A stretch of DNA of 64,000 bases from Camelus dromedarius (Eukaryota), in assembly GCF_036321535.1 (NCBI RefSeq), contig NC_087447.1, positions 12,772,001 to 12,836,000 of the forward strand, written 5' to 3'. Under the pieces are notes generated by a model. The model was not told where the DNA came from. It made no database searches and saw only the letters and a program-made list of their open reading frames with translations. Position numbers and translations under genes: made by a program. Positions 53,163-63,780 of this stretch are shown piece after piece. The stretch's first letter is position 1. The number at the start of each line of letters is the position of its first letter.

Positions 53163-53310
53163 CTACTCACCTAAAACAAGGAATGCCTTCTTGTTCCCCG
53201 AATTGATTGTTAGTCTGACTGCAGTCAGAAGAATTTATGTGTCTGTCCCCTTTGAGATACTCCCCTGGGAACTTGATGCAATTCCTTGGTTATTCCCAAA
53301 GCATCTGAGA
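53163..53310 (-). promoter_or_regulatory. Promoter / first non-coding exon of OR copy 6
   Basis: Perfect O/E consensus TCCCCTGGGA 53261-53270 in the CCCTTTGAGA context, followed by GCAATTCCTTGGTTATTCCC homologous to the other modules; consensus donor TAG|GTGAGT at 53165-53170; 4 kb upstream of the ATG. Confidence 0.65.
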
Positions 53311-55654
53311 ATGGAAACGATGCTACTGATCTTTGTTAATTATTCAAGGTATTTTTTGATCTCCCTACAAAAGAAACATCTTTTATGTACAATTCACCTG
53401 CTTTCTTTTTGTTATTATTTTTACTGCTCTCACTCAAATACCTGGATTCAAGTTTATTAATTGTTGAATACATGCATTCATCACCCATAAATTACCTAAA
53501 CATTCAGTATTTTCCACAAAAGCTTCTTCCCAAGTTTTTGTCTGAGGATAAAGACAAAACTCTTTAAACATGTCCTGTAGTGTTTTGAAAGACTCAGAAG
53601 GAATGAAAATTATGAATATGCATGTAAGTCTTATTTCATTCTTAATTAAAAGGACTAAACTGAGTTACTGATACCCTCCTTCCTTATCCCATAACTGTCA
53701 TGAGTCCTGACTTCCTGTCACCACTTCAGTTCCCATCCCCCACACAGGTACCTCCTCTACAAAGGTTGATGTATGTCCTTAAAAAAGAATACAGACTTAT
53801 AAAGTAAATATAATGTATATTTTCATGTACACTCATGATGTTTTATAACTCACTTTGATACCTGAAGTTTCCCACTCAACTCTGTTTTTGAAGCACATTA
53901 TTTTTACTACGTAAACACCAGTACTTTGTGGTCTTCTTTTTCATAAAATTACTATAATCTGGACTATCATCTGGATCTCCCTCCATTCAATATATGTTTG
54001 TTCCCATAGTAATAGGCATTCAGTTAGTTACTAACTCTTGACTTCTACATGTATCACCATAATTAACAAGTTTGTGTGTGTGGTCCCCACTGATTCATGA
54101 GTTAACATTTGTGTGATCTATCTCCTTGAGTGGGTCGGGTTCCTGATATGAGAAAAAATAAGTAACATTAATTTATTTAAGTAAATATGGATATATTTTA
54201 ATATTTCTTTTATCAATATATAAATTCTATCATCTAGCCACAAGATGTTCATACTCTGGACATCCAACTTATGAATATGTACTATTTTTACATATGACAA
54301 GGGATTGCAATAAATAATTAAATCAGACTTAACTTTATAGAGCTAAAATTGTTTTACTTATCTTAGTACAATATTTCTTAAAAATAATCCAAATATTTTT
54401 CTGAACTTGAAATGGAATGATGTACTACAGTGCAATCCATGTCAATGAGAAAGTTTAGAGATAACAGAGACAGATAAGCATATAATTTTATTATAGTTTT
54501 AATATTCAATTGTCTGTAAAAGTGATAAGATTAACAATTTTGGATAATGCTGATGGAATAGTTATTGAAGTGACCCCAGAAACTGACACACATACCCTGT
54601 AGCAGAGGTGGGCTGGATAATTGTGAAATCTTTTTGTTTTTCTTTTGACTCCTTCCACCTATATCTCCAGTTTTCAGTTCAATCTACTTCTTTTTTGAAC
54701 AATTTCTTTGAATAGACTTTTTCATTTCCATAGAGTTGTCTTGTAGAAATATCCCTTTGGAAAACAAGGATGGCAGGTGTGACCTATGACAATGAAGACA
54801 AATGAAAATAATTCTTATGGACTTAGGGGAAGGACATTAGAAATAGACTCATCTGGAAATAGACAGTTTACAAAGTGATTTTTTAAAAAATCATTAGTAA
54901 CCTCTTCTGACCACGAAATAAGAAAATCTCCTTTGGATGCCTTAAAATTTCACTATTTTGCATTTGAATTAAAAAAATTCTGAATTGTGCCAATTTCTAT
55001 TATCTTTTTGGTAATTGATGTAGTTGAAATTTTTTTTTTCCTAAACGAGCATGTTTTAAGATGTACATAAAAATGGAGATATGTGCTCACAGCCCTTCAA
55101 AACAAAAAGACTTGCTGTGAAAATAGCAGGGTCTTTTTCAGTAAGGTTTTGGATTTAAAGTGTAAAATGGCAGTGATTAGTCTGAATTTGGGAAGCTGAA
55201 TGGTTTTTCTTATTTTCATGACCTTGAAAGGATTCATTGTGCGCTACCCAGGATGAACACATTTACAGTGCCTTCTGCCTAGGGTATCCCTACATTACAG
55301 AGTTGGGCCCAAGCTATTTGCTGCCTGTGCTGCAGCTACAGAGAGAGAGGCCCCTGTGGTTGCTGTTCCAGTTCTTTCGTAACATTCACAGGTGCTCTCA
55401 AACCTCGCTTCATGACTGTGCCTCCCATCTCCTATATCCCCTAACCACCACCAAGGTTTTGCTGTCACTGTTTGGACACAAAGGCCATGGAATTGCTTGA
55501 GCACTCAGGTAGACATAACCTGAAAGTATGGGTGACTTAATGTCCCAGAGCACGGGCTGTGAATAATTGGAGATGAGAGCTGGCAGATAAATCCTTTTTC
55601 CCATCTTACTTCATTGAAAGCCGGTGCTTGGATGATGGGCCTGCGTGGTTGGTT

Positions 55655-56052
55655 TGTTGCAGAAACTCAGCCTCCATACCCCGATTACCAAATTGAGACT
55701 CGAGAACAGTTTTGGAGGAAGCAGAAAAGACAGCTTTATTTCTTTGCCAGGTGAAAGAGATCATAATGGCCTAATGCCTCCAAAGTGTGAGCCCCCTGGG
55801 GAGAGAATTTAGGGGTTTTTTAAAAAAGTCCACAAGGCAGTGCTGGTTTCCATAGAGATCACATACAGGGTAACACATTGTTGCAATGTTGTTCTTGTTT
55901 TTGTAGATGCAGCGGTCCCCTTCCTTTGGCTAGGCATGCTATCTCTGGTCTTAGGAATCAATGACCCATGTCTCCTAATATTCCTGGGCCTAGAACAGAG
56001 AGGGTTTAGGAAGGGGGCCTATGGAAAAGTGCTCCAAATAAAACCTTGTGCA
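55655..56052 (-). mobile_element. ERV1-type solo LTR
   Basis: Starts TGTTGCAGAAACTCAGCC; CAGCTTTATT (AATAAA on minus) near 55735; same terminal family as 5342-5460. Confidence 0.6.
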
Positions 56053-56083
56053 GTTTAAAGTCAGGTAGATGTATATGTCTAGT

Positions 56084-56365
56084 ATTGAGGCAGGCTGAGA
56101 CCTAGGGCCTGTTGCTGCAGCCCTTGTACAGGCTGGGACCTGCACCTTGAATAACAAAACACGAAGAAACCACAAGGGACCAAAAGTAACTGCACGCATG
56201 CGCGGTTAGGGCTAGTTGTGAACAAAAAGATACAAAAAGCATAAACCCGACTGCCATTTCTGAGGTGGCAAGAGCAGAAGCAGGGCGCGGCACATGATCC
56301 ACACATGCAGCGCCACCAGGGGGCTGGGCAGACCACCCAAGCCCCCCTCCAGCCCAGCCCCAGTT
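56084..56365 (+). mobile_element. Truncated ERV1-type LTR (GC-rich U3)
   Basis: GCACGCATGCGCGGTTAGGGC...AAAAGATACAAAAAG...CCCGACTGCCATTTCTGA...GGGCAGACCACCCAAGCC, recalled from ungulate LTRs. Confidence 0.5.
56313..56324 (+). promoter_or_regulatory. Candidate CTCF binding site
   Basis: CCACCAGGGGGC is an exact match to the CTCF core consensus. Confidence 0.5.
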
Positions 56366-56724
56366 GGCGACAGCATGAGAAAAGCCATCCAAACTGTTAT
56401 ACAACTAGCACTTACAAATGCCACGTGGTCGCCGACGACAAGCTGAGTTGTTTCACCATTTCTGATAAATGGGTAACAAACGGTATGTGAGTGCATGTAT
56501 ATGTGTGTAACCAAATACTTTGAACCAAACATTTTTCTTTATCCTTCCTTTAAAGAGTGCTTTGTGTACAGTTTGTTTAGAACAGATTTTGTAGCTAAGT
56601 AATGTAGAAAGAGTATATAGCGTATGCTTTTGTGAAACCATCATTGAGGACTAGTGAATGAGACAGGTACAAGATTTCAGATTGCCCATCACAAAGTATG
56701 CCAGTATAGATGAAGATGTTATAG

Positions 56725-56880
56725 ACAGGATGATGCACTCCGGCCACCCTGCCAAAGATGCCTATGTCTGAACCCCAGGACCTGTGAATATGTTGCCATG
56801 GAACATGAAATAAAGAGATTTCCTGATGTGATAAGTTAAGAACCTAGAGATGGGGTGGCTATCTTGGATAGTAGTGTTTT
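56725..56880 (+). mobile_element. MLT1 (MaLR) LTR fragment
   Basis: AAAGATGCCTATGTCTGAACCCCAGGACCTGTGAATATGTTGCC...AAGAACCTAGAGATGGGG. Confidence 0.65.
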
Positions 56881-57809
56881 GTCTGTATAAACAGAGCTTT
56901 GGCACATAATGACTGTTGTTTATTTTATTTTTTTTGAAATGAGTACTTTTGAGAATTGGTGTCATCTTGAGAACAATGACTTTTTTGTGTGTTAGTTAGT
57001 AAGATTATTTTATTCCGAACTGCACTGAATAAAAATGCTCAAAGAAGTGTTCACTGGCATGATATCACAACAAAGGTAATTACCTCTACACAATGTTTAA
57101 TATGAGAAAATGATAGGAAAAATAATTATATGTCATATTTGGATAAATATCAACATTTTGCTTTGTGTACGTGATCTAAGTGTGGGGATGAAAGAGTAGA
57201 ATTCCATTTTATATGTTTTTTTTTTCTGTCTTTTTTGTCACATGTTCCATTTTAATGTATATCTAAGCATTTTATGTTTAGCTTTTATTTTCCCCTAAAG
57301 GTTTTTTCCCCTTTGGTATAAATTTAAGTGCAAGATAACAATTGGTCCAAAAAAGCTGATAAACTGATGGGTAAAATGCTGCAAAATATTATAAAACTTT
57401 TAGTAGTTGAAGAAAATATATCTGTGACAAGGAAGATGACCTCCCTGACTCTCGACAACCATCTAAGGAATCGTTCCTGCAGGTATATCTTCACTATAGG
57501 TTATAAGACTTTCTCTTCCATGTTTAAAAACTCTTAAAACCCTTTAAAAACTTATATTTTATCTTACATTTTACATTAATGTGTTTATTTTCAAATAATT
57601 GAAATTTAGTACTCATAGTAGTGTATTTTCTTTGGTCATTTAATGCATTTTTCTAAAGGGAAAATTTGATATTTAAAATTGGGATAAAAAGGATTAAGGT
57701 TTTTTCCTTTAAATTTAATGGAATTTTAAACTATTGACTGCCTCATCACTTTGCAGCATTTTTTAGGACTAAATAAAACCCTTAAATGAAGATAGCTGTA
57801 GTTTTAAAT

Positions 57810-58757
57810 TTATACTATTTTGAGTGAATGACATGGGTTATCCAGGAATCTCTTCAATGCATCCTTCACATCCTTGTTCCTTAGGCTGTAAATGAGGGGG
57901 TTCAGCATTGGAATCACTAGCGTGTAGAATACGGAGGCCATTTTATTAGTATCCAATGAGTGGTTGGTCCTTGGCTGCAGATACATGAAGAGGAGAGTCC
58001 CATAAAACACAGTGACAGCCATCATGTGGGAAGCACAGGTGGAAAAGGCTTTCCATCGCCCCTCTGATGAACGCATCCTCAAAATGGCCAGGGCAATGTT
58101 GAAGTATGATGTGAGAACAATAATTATAGAGAAAAACAAGTTGGTCCCTGAAAAGGTAAACACTGCTGTTTCTGGATTGTAGGTCTCAGAGCAGGACAAT
58201 GCTAACAAGGGGACGTTATCACAGTAAAAATGATTGATCACATTGGAGGAGCAGTAGGACACAGAGAACACACAGGAGGAGACAGTCAGCGCGGTGGTCA
58301 GGCTGTAGAGGTACGTGAGGGACGCCAGCAGGAGGCAGGTCTGCGGGGAGACCACCACGGTGTAGAGCAGGGGGTTGCAAATCGCCACGTAGCGGTCGTA
58401 AGCCATGGCAGCCAGCATGAAAATCTCAGCCATGATAAAAACTAAGAACCCACCCAGTTGGGCTGCACATCCATAGTAAGATATGGTTTTCTTTGTAGCC
58501 AAGAAGTTCACCAGCATTTTAGGGGCAATGACGGTAGAATTGCCAAGATTGATGATGGCCAAGTGCCGGAGGAAAAAGTACATGGGGGTTTGAAGCTGGG
58601 CGTCAACACTAGTAAGAGTGATGATGCCCACGTTTCCTGCCACGGTCAGCCCGTAGATGACCAGGAACACGCAGAAAAGCGGGATCTGGAGCCCCGGACG
58701 GTCTGAGACTCTCATTAGCATGAATTCTGTCACTTGAGTGAGATTCCCGGGAGCCAT
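57810..58757 (-). CDS. OR8J2: Olfactory receptor, OR8J family (OR8J2-like), 315 aa
   Basis: Intact 7TM ORF with [50 protein letters not shown] and KRFLDNPC, characteristic of OR8J and closest to OR8J2 as recalled; acceptor TTCTTTCCATTTTCTCCATTATAAG with AG at 58777-58776. Confidence 0.9.
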   Translation of the reverse strand: MAPGNLTQVTEFMLMRVSDRPGLQIPLFCVFLVIYGLTVAGNVGIITLTSVDAQLQTPMYFFLRHLAIINLGNSTVIAPKMLVNFLATKKTISYYGCAAQLGGFLVFIMAEIFMLAAMAYDRYVAICNPLLYTVVVSPQTCLLLASLTYLYSLTTALTVSSCVFSVSYCSSNVINHFYCDNVPLLALSCSETYNPETAVFTFSGTNLFFSIIIVLTSYFNIALAILRMRSSEGRWKAFSTCASHMMAVTVFYGTLLFMYLQPRTNHSLDTNKMASVFYTLVIPMLNPLIYSLRNKDVKDALKRFLDNPCHSLKIV

Positions 58758-59136
58758 TTATTTTGTTGCTTTCCTCTTATAATGGAGAAAATGGAAAGAA
58801 TTTAATGGACAATAAAATACTATTTAGATGACAGATTGTTATTTAATGTTTCATTTAAAATCAGTCTTCTTTTGGCTCACCAACACATAAAAGTTTCTGA
58901 TCTTTCTTAATTGTTTTTCATCTCATCTTTTTATAAAATTTAGGGATACCAACTCTCAAGAAATGCATTTTGGATCTTAGAATTGCTTGACCAAGCTCTT
59001 AATGCATTTATTCACATTGTATATAGTTTATGTTGGGTGACTATATATTAATTTATCATATTATTATATGTAATAATATTTATAATGTTATATTAGCTAT
59101 ATTAATATATATTTCATGGATATATACCAGCATGTA

Positions 59137-59637
59137 TGCCGGGGCCAGCCAGAGAGTCAACAGGTCCTGATGGTGTGGCTGAGAGACTGAGAAAGAAAGA
59201 GACAAGACAAAGAGTGGGGTCGAGAGGGACGCACTTCAAGCCTGCAAGACGCTAGGCTAAAAGTCGCCGCCCGCTTTATTTTTCAAGCTACTTATATACT
59301 ATTTCTACTGTTACCGATCTTTTACATGTCCAGTTGTAAAAGACAAATGTCTCAATCTTCAAGGTTTACAATTTCTAGCAAAACATTTTAACTATAGCTT
59401 TTAAGATCCTTATCATTCCGGCCATTAACTAGATCCTGTTTATCTAGATTCCTTAACCTCTCTGAAGCAGAACATCTAAAGAAAAACATCTGGTGGCCAT
59501 TTAACTTTATTAACTCTCGGGGTGGTGGGACAGGGAATGTCTCTTTGATCATTCCCAGAGCCCTGCTTTCAGCACTTCAAGGTTTTTAGGCCTTTTCTCT
59601 TTGCCCTCAGCCCTCAGGTTGTGAGTGGCTCCCCGCA
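59137..59637 (-). mobile_element. 3' LTR (501 bp) of a betaretrovirus-like ERV
   Basis: Minus strand TGCGGGGAGCC...GGCCCCGGCA (imperfect inverted termini); TATATAA at 59292-59298 and AATAAA at 59275-59280; preceded by PPT AAAATAAAAAAGGGGGAG (about 59640-59657); expected 6-bp TSD 59131-59136 (CATGTA on plus), partner outside the window; CpGs retained. Confidence 0.88.
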
Positions 59638-59693
59638 GCTCCCCCTTTTTTATTTTAGGACTAATAAGCTACGGAGAGGTCAAGGAAAGAGTG

Positions 59694-61197
59694 TTATATT
59701 GATAATTTTTTCTTAAAAGTGATTTGGGTAAACATCAGCATTCTTTGAGTTATAAAATCAGACAGACATTGTACCATACAAGGTCCAAGGTCCACAACAC
59801 AAAATGATCAATATTACAACAATAATCACAAAAACATGTTTTCACCAATCAGTCTTAAACCATTCTATAAATTGATTAAAAAAGGGTGATTTAGGATTAT
59901 CCATCGCCTTAACTTGTCTTTGTATGTCTTCAACAGCTCGGGATACATTCTCAGATAAATCAGGTATGAACACACAACATCCGGTATGAAACTTTATAAT
60001 GGCACAAGTTTCTCCTTGTGTAGCAGTAATAATATCCAAAGCCATCCTGTTTTGTATAACAGCTTTTCTCATTTGTTTTTGCTCCTCATTTAAATCTTCA
60101 ATAGCCCGTTTTACATCTAAGAGGGCCTTTTGAGTAAAATTGGTCAGTGCGTCAACTTTAGTCATTATACCTATATTACCCAATGGAGGTATAAATATAG
60201 ATGCCAAATAATCATACCAATCAAATACAGATCTTCCCCAGCGGGCATGCAAGTTGGGTAAATTAGCTGGGATACTATCAACAGTTTTTACAATTCTTCC
60301 TGGAGCCATGACAAAACCAAGTGTACAACGGCCAACCCATCCCACAGGTAACCAAGGCCAAACATTTTTTTCACATAACCATTTAGTGCCATTAGGTGCA
60401 GACCATAGTAGGCCAGGGTTATTTCAATCAGAACCGGGCCAACTAAAAGGCTTATTACAATCAAAAGTAACATCCACAATTAGTTTACATAATTTTGGTG
60501 CAATTTTTCCCATGTACCTCCAGTCCTTGTTGGATAAGTTCATATGATTGTAGCCACATTTTTGTTCCTTTTGTTCCCAGCAAATGTCGGCTGAACTGAT
60601 TAATTGTCCAGTTTCAGACGTCATCCACATAAATTGGTCCCATATTTGATAAAATTTATCTTGAAAACGAGCGGTTCTGTGACGTCCTCCTTTTTCATTC
60701 TTATTAGTAGAATTCAGTTCATGAATGTAAATGTCCATAGCATCCATATTAGTTATATTGACATCAAATATAACCTCACTGTTACAATCAGACTGTGAAC
60801 ACCATGCAAGAGCCGAAACATTTTGGGATTTTAGCATGGAATACATTTCTTTTTGTTGTCTTAAAAAATCGCAAACTGCTGAAAGATCTTTTGTTTGTAA
60901 GGGGGCTACCCACCATGGGAGGCTTCCCACTGACAGCGGCATAGCACTACATACCCAACAATCAGATGAATTGTAAAATTCAGCATAGGACTGTGCCCAA
61001 GATAAAAAGACGTTCCCTCTTGCTCCTGGGACTGGCATAACAGCGATGGAGCAGGCCAACTACTAAGCCAGGCCAACTACTAAGAACATTAATGATGTTT
61101 GTGGATGATCTGTAGTATTAGCAATGTGATTAGCATGTTGGATCAATTGCTGGACTTGTTGCGTAGTCGGTAGAGGTGTCTTGTCCTAAAGCTGCAT
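59694..61197 (-). pseudogene. env: ERV env pseudogene, gamma-type SU/TM
   Basis: ORFs 60424-61059 and 59842-60345 are one frame split by TGA stops; CWVC in SU, RWGR cleavage site, ISD QNRMALDIITATQGETC, C-x8-CC, membrane anchor; further lesions at 61186-61188, 61052-61084 and 59780-59793. Confidence 0.88.
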
Positions 61198-63780
61198 CTG
61201 CTTCATTCCTTTTATCACTGATTTCCTCCGTCGCGCGTACCAGCCTTTCCGGGAGCCAGCGTGGCGCCTTGGCATCCTGTGGAAAAACACAAACATGGCC
61301 TCTCCCCCATATCAAAACCGGATCAGAGCCAGCCCATACATTAGTAAGAGGATCCTTCCATTTTACCATAGGGCGTCGAGCAGGAACAGCTCCCCACAGT
61401 CGTTGTGCCGCAGATTTCCCTTGAATATCGAAAGTTAAAAAATTTAAAACAAATAAAGCATGATTTAGCTGGTTTTGTGGAGAGGAGGGATATAATTCCC
61501 CCTTTTTTATTTTAAGTAATTGATGTTTTAGTGTTTGGTGGCTGCGTTCAACAATGCCTTGTCCCTGAGGATTATAAGGAATACCAGTTTTGTGACAAAT
61601 TTGTAGCCTTGTACAAAAGGTTTGAAACACTTTGCCAGTATAATCTGGACCATTATCAGTTTTAATAATTTTTGGTTGGCCCATAATAGCAAGGCACTTA
61701 AGAACATGGGCAATACAATGCTTACTGGCTTCACCCGTTTGTAAAGTGGCATGAAGAAACCCGGAAAATGTATCAATGGTAACATGAACATAAGGGGTAT
61801 TGTGAAATTTTTTTATATAGGTTACATCCATTTGCCATAGATGATTAGGAAGGAGCCCTCGAGGATTTATGCCATAATGAGGAACAGAAGTAAATAGAGG
61901 GCAACGTATGCAAGATTTCACAATTTGGCGAGCAGCTTCACGAGGAATTTTAAATTGTAGACGCAGACTATGACTATTTTGATGATGCAGGGCATGTGAC
62001 TGTTGAGCCAATTGATAAGCTGTAAGAGAATAAATTTGAGTAGCATCGTCAACTTGAGCATTACCAGAGGCTAAAGGGCCCGGAAGGTTTGTATGAGCTC
62101 GAAGATGTCCAAAATAACGGGGATGTTGACGAGATCGCAGGAGCTGCTGTATATCGAAAAACAACTGATTAACGTAAGTATTAACGGTGCCTATAAAAGG
62201 GACAGTTTTTAAAATTTGAAGAGCATGAACGATGTATTGACTGTCAGAAAACAAGTTACAAGGTGAATTTTGAACTGCTAACAATGCAGCTTGCACAGCC
62301 AGAAGCTCAACCACCTGTGTTGAAGATTGAGAAGTATTCCAGGATATAATTTTATCATCAATTTTATAGGCAGCAACGCCATTAGAGGAACCATCTGTAA
62401 AAACATTTACAGCCGACAGAAGAGGAGTAAGAGCTGTACATTTTGGAAAAAGAAAAGGATGCATTTTTGTAAATTGAATAAGTTTATTAGCAGGGTAATG
62501 AGTAGTAAGTCTTCCCGGAAAATGAGTCAGAGCAATAGCCCAAGAGTCATTAAATTGTTTTAACCATGTCTGTTGCTCAGTAGTATATGGTAGACAAATA
62601 CATGCAGGTTCACGTCCTAGATAAAGAACAGAGGTGCGACGTCCTTCTGCTATAAGGGAACAAATTAAGTCAGGATATGGAGCCAAAGCCTTAGAAGGGG
62701 AAGTATGTATATGTATCCAAAACATTGGTGCATTTTGATATAAGACCCCCATAGGCATATGGGCTGTAGGTAAGATAAGTAACCCCCATTTTTTAGTATA
62801 GTCACAATAGGAAATTTGTTGTTGTTTAATAGCATTTTCAACCAAATGTAATGTTTCACAAGCTTTTTCTGTAAGTTGTCGAGGGGATCGTGGGTCAGAA
62901 TTACCTTTTAATATATCAAACAAAGGTTTTAATATTCCAGTAGTTAATTTTAAATAAGAATGTATCCAATTTATATCTCCCAATAATTTTTGAAAATCAT
63001 TAAGTGTGAGCAATGAATCCGTCCGTAGTTGAATTTTTTGAGTCTGAAATGTATGTTTATGCAAACGAAACCCCAGGTAAGCATAGGGACGATAACGTTG
63101 AATTTTTTTGTCTGCTATCTGTAAACCACATTTTTTTAAGGATTGAAGCATTTGATCAAACACGGTTAAAAGAAATCCTTCATTTTGATGTGCAAGTAAA
63201 ATATCATCCATATAATGTATCTATAAACATCAGGATATCGTTTTTGAGTGGAATTAAGAGCAGTAGCAACAAATTTTTGACATAAGGTAGGACTATTAGT
63301 CATATCTTGTGGTAAAACAAGCCAATGATATCGTCGCATGGGTTCCTTAAAATTATTAGAAGAGACACTGAAGGCAAAATGTTTACAATCATCAGGATGT
63401 AAAGGAATCGTATAAAAACAATCTTTTAAGTCTATAATAATTTTATAAGTCCCATCGGGTATAGCCATAGGGCTAGGGAGTCCAGGTTGTAATGCTCCCA
63501 TTAGCTCCATGGTTTCATTTACTTTTTTTAAGTCCTGCAGTAATCTCCATTTGCCAGATTTTTTCTTAATGACAAAAATAGGAGAATTCCAAGGTGAATT
63601 AGAAGGAGCTATATGTCCGCTATCTAATTGTTTCTGCACCAATTGTTTTGCGGCAAAAATTTTTTCTTGAGTGAGGGGCCATTGATCAACCCAAACTGGC
63701 TCGTCAGTATTCCAAATAATTGGATCAGCATGGGTTGCAGGACAGTCAAAGGCCCCCGCTAAAAATACCCTAATCCTTTT
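61130..63780 (-). pseudogene. pol: ERV pol (RT-RNase H-integrase), betaretroviral, with one 1-bp frameshift near 63221
   Basis: [68 protein letters not shown], RNase H FTDGS, IN HALHH...CIRC, WQMDVT, KTDNG, VERSHQ. Confidence 0.95.

Noticed and set aside
56360-56385. TGGCGACAGCATGAG as a possible primer-binding site after an LTR
   Set aside because: It does not match any tRNA 3' end I can recall beyond the first few bases, and no gag follows
7588-58706. Short plus-strand ORFs over the OR genes (7588, 14821, 22716, 32280, 41226, 48758, 58230, 58458) and alternate-frame minus ORFs (23039, 32219)
   Set aside because: They are shadows of the OR coding sequence; their recurrence follows from paralogy
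58744-58753. TTCCCGGGAG as an O/E site for OR8J
   Set aside because: Inside the CDS and lacks the 2-bp spacer of TCCCNNGGGA
1-59136. H/P-element-type OR enhancer core (AACTTTTTAATGA)
   Set aside because: Not found by eye; only partial matches in AT-rich sequence. A motif scan would be needed to exclude it
59842-61059. Env as a domesticated syncytin-like gene
   Set aside because: At least four disabling lesions; no intact env ORF at this locus
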